From Spirochaetia bacterium (lineage in GTDB: Bacteria; Spirochaetota; Spirochaetia; DSM-16054; Sediminispirochaetaceae): a stretch of DNA of 64,000 bases. Where the stretch lies: NCBI GenBank assembly GCA_034520965.1, contig JAXHMY010000002.1:128001-192000 (forward strand), in the 5' to 3' direction. The position numbers and the translations under genes were made by a program. The notes below the pieces were generated by a model, which did not search any database, was not told where the DNA came from, and saw only the letters and a program-made list of their open reading frames with translations. Below, one piece after another: positions 49,973 to 59,755 of the stretch (positions are counted from its first letter, which is position 1; each line of letters begins with the position of its first letter).

Positions 49973-49982
49973 GCCGCAGAGC

Positions 49983-50125
49983 CAGCAATTCGCAATTTGA
50001 AAAATTTTTAAAATTTTTCAAATTGCGAATGCTTACATTTTGTTTAAGATAAGTAGTTTATCTTAAAGATATTGTGCGGAATTCTCATTTTGGAAGTTTT
50101 AAAACTTCCAAAATGAGAATTCCTG
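49983..50125. mobile_element. 143-bp MITE/REP-like nested-palindrome element
   Basis: CAG...CTG termini; flanking CCGCAGAGC/TCGCAGAGC direct repeats; palindromes at 49988-50030, 50043-50067 and 50078-50123. Confidence 0.6.
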
Positions 50126-50162
50126 TCGCAGAGCACACTTAGATTTTACACGGAGCAGCACT

Positions 50163-50450
50163 ATGGTAAGCTATTACTTTAACATTGGACTTATTTATTT
50201 TATCATTGGGTTCGGCAGCGCAATTATGTGTTACTACATCTTTAAGAAAGATGTAATTGGGCATTTTATTGGGGCACTTATTGTTGGGCTAATTGGCTCG
50301 TTTCTCGGTGGAGTAATAGAGTTTTACTTTTCAGATATAATCACACTTCTGACTAACTTGAACAATTCTGTGAACATATTCCCGCCGCTGATCACAGCAG
50401 GGCTGCTGTTATGGATTTTTGTGAAGGTCAGTGACCGCAGTGCTGACTAA
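50163..50450 (+). CDS. small membrane protein (GlsB/YeaQ/YmgE transglycosylase-associated-like)
   Basis: Hydrophobic 95 aa with IVGLIGSFLGG and ITAGLLLWI. Confidence 0.65.
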   Translation: MVSYYFNIGLIYFIIGFGSAIMCYYIFKKDVIGHFIGALIVGLIGSFLGGVIEFYFSDIITLLTNLNNSVNIFPPLITAGLLLWIFVKVSDRSAD

Positions 50451-50619
50451 GTTAATTATAGCAGCATCTTATTCTGGGGCTGTATAGCGGGATGAAACTG
50501 CCGGAAAGGGAACAAGTGCTCTGTAAGATTGCATTTTCATATAAGTATATTATTAATTTTACTTCTGATAATATATATTCTGTCTACTTATATTAAATAT
50601 TACTTCACAAGGAGATTGT

Positions 50620-51483
50620 ATGACATCCAATTTTGAACATATCGAAATGTTAGAACAGCTAAGCAAAGATGAGCAAGAACAGCTTTCCACCGCTTGGATC
50701 GATTTTTATCGTATAATTAAAACACTTCGCAGCCCGGACGGCTGTCCATGGGACAGGAAGCAGACCGCAAAGTCGCTGGCGCCTAATTTAATAGAAGAGT
50801 CCTACGAACTAGTAGAGGCAATTGATAACAATGACGTTGAAAACATACGGGAAGAGATTGGTGATATTTTTCTGGTGGCCGGAATGATTGCCCATATAAA
50901 TGCAGAGTCAAATAAGTTTAGTTTGGCTGAAGTTATTTCTGAAGTGTCTGTAAAATTAGTCAGACGACACCCCCACGTTTTTGGAGATGTCAAAAAAGAG
51001 AACCCTGATGAAGTGATTGAACTATGGAATCATATTAAAAAAAATGTAGAAAAAAACGGAAGTGAGTTCGAATCAATCAATGACAGCATACCAAGATCAT
51101 TGCCTCCCCTTGAACGTGCCTTTAAGATACAAAAGAAAGTCGCAAAGGTTGGCTTCGACTGGGATAACCTACAGAGTGTAAAAGACAAAGTGACTGAAGA
51201 GCTTGCAGAGTTAGATGCGTGTATTCAAGATTTAAATAATCCAGCGCAGCAGGCGGCTGTCGAGGAAGAGATTGGGGATGTACTTTTTTCCATTATCAAT
51301 TTAGCCCGCCATCTGAAAGTTGAACCCGCCGTAGCCCTCCATAAAACTAATCAGAAATTTGCAGATCGCTTCCGTTACATTGAGGAGCAGATGTATCTGG
51401 AACAGCGCAGTATGGATAAATCGGAATTCGACCGCATGGACGAGCTTTGGGAAGAAGCAAAAATCCGGCTGAAAAACCTGTAA
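50620..51483 (+). CDS. mazG: nucleoside triphosphate pyrophosphohydrolase MazG
   Basis: LRSPDGCPWDRKQT, IEESYE, EEIGD, KLVRRHPHVF, VGFDW. Confidence 0.96.
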   Translation: MTSNFEHIEMLEQLSKDEQEQLSTAWIDFYRIIKTLRSPDGCPWDRKQTAKSLAPNLIEESYELVEAIDNNDVENIREEIGDIFLVAGMIAHINAESNKFSLAEVISEVSVKLVRRHPHVFGDVKKENPDEVIELWNHIKKNVEKNGSEFESINDSIPRSLPPLERAFKIQKKVAKVGFDWDNLQSVKDKVTEELAELDACIQDLNNPAQQAAVEEEIGDVLFSIINLARHLKVEPAVALHKTNQKFADRFRYIEEQMYLEQRSMDKSEFDRMDELWEEAKIRLKNL

Positions 51484-51514
51484 TCTTTTCATTTAAGTAT
51501 TAAATATTATACAC

Positions 51515-54067
51515 TTAAGAAGTGTTATTAACTAATCTGAAATAATCAAACAGCAAGCCGGCATTTTCTCCGTATGTTTCCGGAGGTTCCATTAACAGCT
51601 GTTCACGTTCTACTGAAAAGGAGCCTAAAAACTCCCCTATCGTTCCGTGAGTATATGTGCACAGCTCTTTCAGATTGAATTTGCCCACACCCTGAGTTGG
51701 TATATACAGCTTTATGAACGGTACTTCCACCACATCACTCTTTTTCTCAGAACTAATCTCAAGTAGTTTATTGTCAGCTTTTTTATCTTCTAGGAAAGTG
51801 ATAATTTTTTCCGATAGGTCCTTTATCCCTGAATTGCTAGTCTGAGTATACTTCGATTCGGGTAAGCCTTTAATAATATAGGTAGAAGCTGCATGCAGCG
51901 CCATCAGCGACTGCCCTCGACCGCGACCTTTCTGACCTGGCATCTGCTGCAGCCGTGTTATTTCAATTCCCTCCGGCAGTACCCGATTCATGGAGTTTAT
52001 AAGCTCTGTCGGGTCATGCTCCGCCAATAATTTGCAGCGAGCTATTTCGGCCTTGGATGCAATACCTAACGTCAGCGGGTGGGCAAATTCCATACGCGGT
52101 TTTGGATTAAAACCTGAGGTATACTCGAGCCCAATACCCGCCCGCTGAAAGCTCCGTTCAAAAATGGTCATTATATTGATATGGGACAAAAATCGCGCTT
52201 TTCCCAGTTTGCTGAAAGAAAACAGGTACCAGAACCCATCAGGTTTTTCAGCTTCAACTTCAGAGCTCATTGTCGATTCGTCCGCTTGCTCCGGCGGCTC
52301 TGCAGCTGCAAGCGGACGTGTTTCATGAACACATACTCCGCAATGATGATCACATGGAAATACACAAGCGTTTGTAAGTTCATGTTGTTTTGATTTTTCT
52401 AACTCACTCTTTAGAAAACGTTGAGTTATGCCTATGTCTACCTTATTCCAGGGCAGATCTTCGTCGATAGTACGTTCTCGACAGCTTTCCTTTTCTACAT
52501 CCCAGTTCTGTGCTTCAAAGCTGGCTCGCCATATATCAAATGACGCATACTCTTCCCATGCATCCAGACGGGCTCCACGGCGATACGCGTCTTCTATTAG
52601 CGGCCCTACTCTTTTGTCGCCTCTGGAAATCACGCCTTCTAGATAAGAAATAAAGGGCGAATGATAATTTACCCGTACTGGAGTTTTATGAAACGCTTCA
52701 CGAACCTCTTTTATTCGTTCCAGAGCTTGATCTTCCGTCAGCTGCCGTGACCATTGATAGGGCGTATGTGGTTTCGGTATAAATGTTCCAATATTTACAT
52801 TTAGCTTAAACTTACTGACCTTACGTACCTGCTGCAGATACTCAATAATAGCTTCTGCCTCATTCGCTCCCTCATATAAATGCTCCGGGAGTCCGACCAT
52901 AAAATAAAATTTCGCAAGGTTCCAGCCTCTTCGTCGTGCTTCCAGTAGAATTTCAGTTACCCTTTCCGCAGTTACTTCTTTGTTAATACTGCGCTGCCAT
53001 TCCTGGTGCGGGGTTTCCACAGCAAAGGTCAATCCACTTTTCCTAATTTTTGAAACTTCCTGAAGCAGCGGTAAAGTAAAAGAATTGACATACAGCGAAG
53101 GCAATGCAAAGGAGACACCAAGCCCTTGGTAACGAGCATTTAATGTTCTTACCAACTGATGAAGGCCGACATAATCGCCGGAGGAAAGTGATGAGAGGGT
53201 AATTTCGCGGTACCCAAGTTCATATACATAAAAATCAGTTTCTTCAATGATTGCTGCTGTCGATTTTTGGCGATAGGGCCGGTAGAAATAGCCCGCATGG
53301 CAAAACCGACATCCATTAGGACAACCACGCATAATTTCCACCACCCCATGGTCCTGTACCACGCTGATGTTAGGTACCGGCAGTATGCGTGTACGGGGTG
53401 TATCGAAACCGTGCCATAATACTCGTCTGGCCGGCTGCTCCTTCTCGCGCATCCATACTGCCGGTACCGATTGGAGCTCCTTCAATATGTCCTGACGAGC
53501 GGCTCCCCTCGCTTTGCAGGTCTTGATTATTTGTACTATCGATTCTAAAGACTCTTCGGCTTCGCCTATGTAAATAGCATCAAAAAACTCCGCGAAGGGT
53601 TCAGGGTTTGTAAGGGCCGGCCCTCCGCCGATTACAATTGGGTCCGTCGAACTGCGATCACTCCTGCGGATTGGAATATGTCCCCGTTCAAGGGTACTAA
53701 GAATATTAGTAGCACTCAGTTCGTAGCCAACCGAAAAACCGAGCATATCCAGTTTTTGCAGAGGAATCCCACTCTCAAGGGTGTACAAGGGTATTTCAGA
53801 TTGGCGAAGGAATTCCTCAAAATCTGGTGCTGGTGTAAAAACCCGTTCACAATGTACATTGTCCATTGAGTTCAGCTGTGCATACAGGAGTTTAATAGCG
53901 GTATTTGACATACCTATTTCGTATAAGTCGGGAAAACATATAGCAGTAAGCAAATCACCAGGACAGCTCTCAGGTACAATCCCGTATTCACCGCCGGTAT
54001 ATCTTCCCGGCATTTGTACCTTCGGCAGTATATGTGCTAAATCTATTTCAGGTTTAATGTATTTCAT
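51515..54067 (-). CDS. B12-binding radical SAM protein (TIGR03960-like) fused to a radical-SAM-linked domain (TIGR03936/DUF2344-like)
   Basis: PGRYTGGE, FPDLYEIGMS, RGCPNGCRFC, FIPKPHTP; C-terminal RFLSH and GFNPKPRMEFAHPLTLG. Confidence 0.87.
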   Translation of the reverse strand: MKYIKPEIDLAHILPKVQMPGRYTGGEYGIVPESCPGDLLTAICFPDLYEIGMSNTAIKLLYAQLNSMDNVHCERVFTPAPDFEEFLRQSEIPLYTLESGIPLQKLDMLGFSVGYELSATNILSTLERGHIPIRRSDRSSTDPIVIGGGPALTNPEPFAEFFDAIYIGEAEESLESIVQIIKTCKARGAARQDILKELQSVPAVWMREKEQPARRVLWHGFDTPRTRILPVPNISVVQDHGVVEIMRGCPNGCRFCHAGYFYRPYRQKSTAAIIEETDFYVYELGYREITLSSLSSGDYVGLHQLVRTLNARYQGLGVSFALPSLYVNSFTLPLLQEVSKIRKSGLTFAVETPHQEWQRSINKEVTAERVTEILLEARRRGWNLAKFYFMVGLPEHLYEGANEAEAIIEYLQQVRKVSKFKLNVNIGTFIPKPHTPYQWSRQLTEDQALERIKEVREAFHKTPVRVNYHSPFISYLEGVISRGDKRVGPLIEDAYRRGARLDAWEEYASFDIWRASFEAQNWDVEKESCRERTIDEDLPWNKVDIGITQRFLKSELEKSKQHELTNACVFPCDHHCGVCVHETRPLAAAEPPEQADESTMSSEVEAEKPDGFWYLFSFSKLGKARFLSHINIMTIFERSFQRAGIGLEYTSGFNPKPRMEFAHPLTLGIASKAEIARCKLLAEHDPTELINSMNRVLPEGIEITRLQQMPGQKGRGRGQSLMALHAASTYIIKGLPESKYTQTSNSGIKDLSEKIITFLEDKKADNKLLEISSEKKSDVVEVPFIKLYIPTQGVGKFNLKELCTYTHGTIGEFLGSFSVEREQLLMEPPETYGENAGLLFDYFRLVNNTS

Positions 54068-54087
54068 GTGTGAGGGTCCTCAGTATT

Positions 54088-55431
54088 TCAGTATTTATAA
54101 CGTCGAAGATGGATGTTCTGTATTAATGACAAGCCAATGGTAGCCGTCCATAATGATGAGCCTCCATATGAGAGAAAGAAGAGAGGGATACCGGTAATCG
54201 GCATAATTCCTATGGCCATACCAATGTTGATAACCAAGTGAAAGAATATCATAAAAACAACACCGGCACCCACAAATACTCCAAAATCATCACCAGAATG
54301 CAGACTTATTATCAATCCGCGAATCAGTATTACAGCAAACAGTGCTAATATAACAAACGATCCGATAAATCCCCATTCCTCAGCAATAATTGAAAAAATA
54401 AAATCAGTACTCTGCTCCGGTAAAAACTGGTAGTGGCTCTGAGTACCTTCCAGAAAACCTTTCCCCCAAAATCCACCGGAACCCACTGCTGTTAAGGATT
54501 GAATAATATGCCACCCGCTCCCCTGTGGATCTACCTCAGGCTTGATAAACACAATCAGACGCATAATTTGATAATCCTTCAGTATAATGCGGAGCAGGTA
54601 TGAACTGAGCAAAGACAGCGAAAGCAGCAACCCAGTGCTTCCAAAATACATAAAAAACCATCTCTTGGCAAAACGATATCCCAGAAAGGCTATTAGTCCT
54701 ACAAAGCTAAGGGTCGCACTCGTAAAAAACACCAAATTACTTCGCTGAAATATTTCAAGAAAGCGAATTTTCTGCTGCAGAATATAATTTTCCCATACCG
54801 GGATGACAGCAAACAACACTGTTAAAAGTCCAAAGAAAAACAAAAACAGTAAAGCCTTTCGGTTCACTCCGGCAATAAAACTGATCACCCAGAAAAGCGG
54901 AATATAGACTAAGGCGGTTCCCATATCCGGCTGCAGCAGAATAAGACCCATCGGCAGAAGCGTCAGCGACAGAGCAATCAGAAAAGTCCCCATACTGTCG
55001 ATTTCATTTTTACGATGCTGATAAAATGAAGCTAAGCCAAGAATCAGTCCGATCTTCATAAACTCCGACGGTTGAATTCCAAAACCAAACAGGCCTAACC
55101 AGGAACGGGCACCTTTTACTGTCCTTCCAAATAGTAATGTTACAATCAACAGCAGCAAAAGGCCTAGGTATATTTGTATAGATAGTTTTTGCATAGTATC
55201 GTAATGCGGTAACTGTAATAAAAAATATATTACCACAGCCGTAGCTATCCACACTATTTGCAGCACATACTCACGTGATATGACTTGCCCCGCTGCATTA
55301 ACGCCACTCGAGTAAATAAACAGACCACCAATACACATTAAACAGAGCATAGATAGGAATGTAAGTAAATCAAACTCGAATATTGAACCGGACCGTTGCC
55401 GGCTCAATAGCCCTTCACTCTCTCCGATCAT
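54088..55431 (-). CDS. rodA: rod shape-determining SEDS glycosyltransferase RodA
   Basis: GARSW, IQPSEFMK, LQPDMGT, FLPEQSTDFIF, PITGIPL, SYGGSS. Confidence 0.96.
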   Translation of the reverse strand: MIGESEGLLSRQRSGSIFEFDLLTFLSMLCLMCIGGLFIYSSGVNAAGQVISREYVLQIVWIATAVVIYFLLQLPHYDTMQKLSIQIYLGLLLLLIVTLLFGRTVKGARSWLGLFGFGIQPSEFMKIGLILGLASFYQHRKNEIDSMGTFLIALSLTLLPMGLILLQPDMGTALVYIPLFWVISFIAGVNRKALLFLFFFGLLTVLFAVIPVWENYILQQKIRFLEIFQRSNLVFFTSATLSFVGLIAFLGYRFAKRWFFMYFGSTGLLLSLSLLSSYLLRIILKDYQIMRLIVFIKPEVDPQGSGWHIIQSLTAVGSGGFWGKGFLEGTQSHYQFLPEQSTDFIFSIIAEEWGFIGSFVILALFAVILIRGLIISLHSGDDFGVFVGAGVVFMIFFHLVINIGMAIGIMPITGIPLFFLSYGGSSLWTATIGLSLIQNIHLRRYKY

Positions 55432-57283
55432 TATGCAGCCAACCCCAATTTAAAGATTCTATTGCCTCATCGTAATTCTGGTCCGCAAATATACCCTGAA
55501 AAATTATATTTGCCGCCCGCACAGCCCACCACTCCCATTCATTTTCGGCTTCCACCATAGTGACCACAACCACCTGTTCCTCCGGTGGGGCATCGTATGG
55601 CCCATAAGCAACAAACCAGGCATCCCAGCTCTCCTCCAGCCCTACGTCTCCTGTGCCGGTTTTACCGGCAACTTTCACAGCTTCGGTGGTAATAACTACC
55701 TCGGCTGTTCCGTCGGTAATTACTCCCCGCATATTCTGCTGTACAGTCTTAAAAGTCTCTTTACGAATACTTGAAGTACGTAAAACCTCCGGCTCAATTG
55801 TTTCAATAGTTTGACCACTTACCGGATCTTCAATTTTCTTCAACAGATGTGGTTTATATACAGTCCCTTCATTGGTGACCATCGCCACCATATTGGCCAT
55901 CTGAATTGGGGTTACACCAAGATATCCCTGACCGATGGAGGTATTTACCGTATCGCCCCCTACCCAGGCCGAACCGTAGGTCTGCTCTTTCCAAATAGGA
56001 GTAGGCACCGCCCCACGAACTTCACCGGGCAGGTCGATACCTGTGTATTCTCCAAAACCGAAACGCTTTGCGTAATTGGCAATAAAGTCTATTCCCAAGT
56101 AGTTAAGGCCTAATGTATAGAAGTATACATTGCACGATTCCGCCAGGGCCTCTGATAAGTTAACCGGTCCGTGCCCTTTAGGCTCATGACAGTTAAACTC
56201 GCGGTTACCTACCCATATAGAGCCACGACAGACTATCTCTTTCTCAGAATCGATAGCCTCTTCCTCCAATGCAGCGGTAGACATAATTACCTTGAAAGTC
56301 GATGCCGGAGCGTAGCTCGACTGGATCGCACGGTTAAGAAAAGGATGCTGCTCATCGAGGGCATAACTGCGGTAGGATTGAAAGGCGTTGTCCATATAAA
56401 AATCGTTAGGATCGTACCAAGGGTACGAGACCATAGCTAAAATCTCTCCCGTAGCCGGTTTCATAACCAAAGCAGATCCTGTGCGTCGACCTAGAGCCTG
56501 TTCCGCCAGTCTCTGAATACGCCTGTCGATTGTTAACACCAAATTCTTACCGTTCTCCGGAGGAACCTCCGTCATTTTCCCACTACCTACTTGGCGTCCG
56601 TACACATCCACTACATTATACCGCCGCCCGTCTTTACCTCGCAGCAACTGATCGTATTGCTTTTCAATCCCGCTCTTTCCAACTACCGAATTAATGGCAT
56701 AGCCCTGATTATACATTACCTGTAACTCTTCTGTAGTAATACCACCCACGTGACCAAGCACATGAGCAGCGGAGTTGGTATCTTGATAACTTCGAATGGG
56801 TTTTGCCTGCCAACTTATTCCGGGGTAATCCTCAATATGCTCGGCAATGCGGGTTATTATATCAAAGTCAACCCCACTTTTTATTTCCACCGGTTGGTAC
56901 AGATTACGGTACTGTGTAGGAACCCTTGCTAAAATCTCATCTTTACCCATGCGGAGTAAGACGGATAATCGCTGTGCTACGGAATCCATCTGTTCATTCG
57001 TGAGTTCACCGGGAATCATGTTTATTGCAAAGGAGTCAACATTAATTACCATCGGAGTATCATGTTGACGGTCGAATATCTCACCCCGTTGCGCGGGAAT
57101 CGGTATAGATCTGCTGGCTACCTGACGGGCTCTGTTCTTGTACTCTCCCCCCTTGGTAATTTGCAAATGAAAAATATACCCAAGGTATACGAGCAAAGCT
57201 ACAACTATAAGCAGTAACAGACTGTATACCCGCAGACTGTAACGATTTTTAACCGTATTGGCTGAATAATAGTGTTCATTCAT
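55415..57283 (-). CDS. mrdA: penicillin-binding protein 2
   Basis: AQRGEIFDR, GKSGIE, STFK (SxxK), SCN, KTG. Confidence 0.96.
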   Translation of the reverse strand: MNEHYYSANTVKNRYSLRVYSLLLLIVVALLVYLGYIFHLQITKGGEYKNRARQVASRSIPIPAQRGEIFDRQHDTPMVINVDSFAINMIPGELTNEQMDSVAQRLSVLLRMGKDEILARVPTQYRNLYQPVEIKSGVDFDIITRIAEHIEDYPGISWQAKPIRSYQDTNSAAHVLGHVGGITTEELQVMYNQGYAINSVVGKSGIEKQYDQLLRGKDGRRYNVVDVYGRQVGSGKMTEVPPENGKNLVLTIDRRIQRLAEQALGRRTGSALVMKPATGEILAMVSYPWYDPNDFYMDNAFQSYRSYALDEQHPFLNRAIQSSYAPASTFKVIMSTAALEEEAIDSEKEIVCRGSIWVGNREFNCHEPKGHGPVNLSEALAESCNVYFYTLGLNYLGIDFIANYAKRFGFGEYTGIDLPGEVRGAVPTPIWKEQTYGSAWVGGDTVNTSIGQGYLGVTPIQMANMVAMVTNEGTVYKPHLLKKIEDPVSGQTIETIEPEVLRTSSIRKETFKTVQQNMRGVITDGTAEVVITTEAVKVAGKTGTGDVGLEESWDAWFVAYGPYDAPPEEQVVVVTMVEAENEWEWWAVRAANIIFQGIFADQNYDEAIESLNWGWLHNDRRE

Positions 57284-57786
57284 AGCATTTGAGTTTCATG
57301 TTCACTACAGAGCTTAAATACACGCAGTAGAGCAAAAATAAAGGGAGCCAAGACTGCATGCATACCAATCTGAATCAGTACACCTATTGAAAGCACAGAT
57401 GATACACGTAACGGCAGAAATATGATCGCAATTATGAAAGATGTAAATATTACTATTAAGGTAGCAGCTATAGCAAAAATGACTGGAATAGTAAGAGAAT
57501 CAACATACATCTTTCCCCGAGTCAAGCCAAATAAGTGCCCGATAACCGTATAGATCAGACTATGAAATCCAAGGGGTGCCATCCCCAGCATGTCCATCAT
57601 TAGTCCAGCTAAAAACCCAATAATCTTTCCTTCCATAGTTCCTAATTGGTGTGCAAAAAAAACCAGCAAAAGAAGGGTAAAATCGGGACGTATTTCAGCT
57701 ATATTCAGGGAGGTAAACACACTGTTTTGCAGTAATGCACATACGATCAGAATAACAGCATATATAATGGGATTCTTCTTACGCAC
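57280..57786 (-). CDS. mreD: rod shape-determining protein MreD
   Basis: Hydrophobic; RPDFTLL, GFLAGLMMD, PLGFHS; between mreC and mrdA. Confidence 0.9.
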   Translation of the reverse strand: MRKKNPIIYAVILIVCALLQNSVFTSLNIAEIRPDFTLLLLVFFAHQLGTMEGKIIGFLAGLMMDMLGMAPLGFHSLIYTVIGHLFGLTRGKMYVDSLTIPVIFAIAATLIVIFTSFIIAIIFLPLRVSSVLSIGVLIQIGMHAVLAPFIFALLRVFKLCSEHETQML

Positions 57787-58635
57787 TTATTCATTCTCCA
57801 CTAATAATATGAACACATACTCAAGGCGGGTAAAATCGACTAAAGGGCGAATCTCCAGGGTAAGGGAAGATTCCCATTCAGGGGCCCGTATGGCGTCTAC
57901 CCTGCCAATGTACAGATCTTTAGGATAAATGGAGCGGAAACCGGAGGTAACTACTAAATCGCCGAACTGGATTCTATTTTTAGCCCGTTTCTTTACATAT
58001 GTCATTTCGACCAGCCCGTCTGCAGCTCCTAGACCATGCAAAAGGCCTTCATAACGGCTCTCCCGCATTTTAGCAGCCACGAAACAGCTGCGGTCAATGA
58101 TCGGTAAGACCTTCGCGGTTGTATCAGTTACTTCCACTACTTTACCCACCAAGCTACTAAACCCTTCGGCGTATGCAATTACCGGAGCATCTTCTGCAAT
58201 TCCTTGTTTACTGCCACGATTAATGGTAAAACCGTCGAAAAGTAGCCCAGGTTCCTTCGCGATTATCCTCGCAGCAACATGGGAGAATGGAGTTTTCTGA
58301 GAAAAATCTAAAAGCTCACGTAACTGAGTGTTTTCGCTTTGTAGGTCCAGGATGTTACGCTCTATTGTTTTATATTCGTTCACCCTTTCCTGCAGTACTT
58401 CGTATTCTTGGCGTATCCTGCGCAGCTCACCGATTGAATTAAAAAAGTTGCTAAAAAAATGTTCAACCTCTGCAGCACTTGACTGCACCGACGCAAATAT
58501 CGAATACCCTATATGCTTAGAGGCCGAGTTTACAGATTGGGATTGGGTCCCTATAGCAACAGTTGAAATTGTTATGAGAACAACAAATACGACCCCGTTT
58601 CGATGCCGGGAAAAGAATCTTCTTAAACCTTCCAT
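57787..58635 (-). CDS. mreC: rod shape-determining protein MreC
   Basis: TM, coiled coil ENTQLRELL, INRGSKQG, GDLVVTSG. Confidence 0.94.
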   Translation of the reverse strand: MEGLRRFFSRHRNGVVFVVLITISTVAIGTQSQSVNSASKHIGYSIFASVQSSAAEVEHFFSNFFNSIGELRRIRQEYEVLQERVNEYKTIERNILDLQSENTQLRELLDFSQKTPFSHVAARIIAKEPGLLFDGFTINRGSKQGIAEDAPVIAYAEGFSSLVGKVVEVTDTTAKVLPIIDRSCFVAAKMRESRYEGLLHGLGAADGLVEMTYVKKRAKNRIQFGDLVVTSGFRSIYPKDLYIGRVDAIRAPEWESSLTLEIRPLVDFTRLEYVFILLVENE

Positions 58636-59709
58636 TACCTATCCAGGCTGCCTATCTGGACATTCTGCTGAAAATTATTGTAAATAGTTTTACTGCCGTC
58701 GCCACCGTACCGTACATGTTCAAAGTATTTACCGGCACCCTTTGCAACGCACAATAGCGGCTCCTCGGCTAAGGATTACCGGTACTCCGGTTTCTTTTGC
58801 AATCAACTTCGGCAGCCCTTTTAACAGGGAACCACCACCAGTCATCACAATTCCCCTTTCAACTATATCAGCTGCAAGCTCCGGAGGGGTCTGTCCCAGG
58901 GTGCGTTTTATTTCTTCAATTACAGCACTGATTGGCTCTTGAAGAGCCTCGCGTACCTCGACACTATCTATCTCAAGTCGTCTTGGAAGACCGGTGATTG
59001 CATCAGTACCTTTTATCTCCATCTTTTCTATTTGCTTATCCGCAACCGCATTCCCAATTGACATTTTCAGGGTTTCGGCTGTCTGCTCTCCCACAATTAA
59101 ATTATGTACCGAACGTACATGCTTAATAATTGCTTCATCAAATTCGTCACCACCCAGTCTGATAGCATTAGTTACCACCATACCGCCTAGAGATATTACG
59201 GAGATCTCAGTAGTTCCTCCACCGATATCGCACACCATGTGCCCGGCCGGCTCAAAGATAGGAATATTAGCACCTATAGCGGCTGCCAGGGATTCTTCAA
59301 TTACTTTTACTTCACGGGCGCCCGCTTTGTAGGCACTCTCTTCCACAGCTCTCCGTTCAACCTCAGTAATGCAGGTGGGCACTCCAATAACCATCCGCGG
59401 TTTTACAAACCAGCGGCGGGGGAGAATTTTTGTAATAAAATATCGGATCATTTTTTCGGTAGTTTCGAGGTCGGCAATAACTCCGTCTCTCAGTGGACGG
59501 ATGGCGATAATATCACCGGGAGTTTTCCAGAGCATACGCTTTGCCTCTGCTCCGACGGCTACCACCTTTTTTGTTCCACGCTCAACGGCTACTACTGAGG
59601 GCTCGCTCACAACGATTCCCTTTCCGCGTACATACACAAGGGTGTTACAAGTTCCTAAATCTATTCCGATATCTGTTGAAAAGGCTTCGCTGAACCGTTT
59701 GAACGCCAT
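58635..59709 (-). CDS. mreB: rod shape-determining protein MreB (apparent 1-nt insertion at about 58770)
   Basis: [42 protein letters not shown]. Removing one base restores [14 protein letters not shown], with a stop overlapping the mreC ATG. Confidence 0.95.
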
Positions 59710-59755
59710 TTATTCTACTCCTCTCGATTTAATACTTGGTACCAGTAATTCAGAA

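Noticed and set aside
49988..50123. Palindromes as a CRISPR array or Borrelia-type replicated telomere junction
   Set aside because: Only two non-identical long units, no cas or resolvase gene nearby, and no TAGTATA-type ResT box seen
50530..50595. AT-rich imperfect inverted repeat upstream of mazG (ATATAAGTA...TACTTATAT)
   Set aside because: Low-complexity AT-rich DNA makes such matches likely by chance; probably just promoter sequence
50620..51483. mazG as part of a toxin-antitoxin or anti-phage system
   Set aside because: Ordinary tandem-domain housekeeping MazG with no mazEF or defence genes adjacent
58760..58780. Programmed ribosomal frameshift in mreB
   Set aside because: No slippery heptamer or stimulatory structure, and many similar indels across the window point to sequence error
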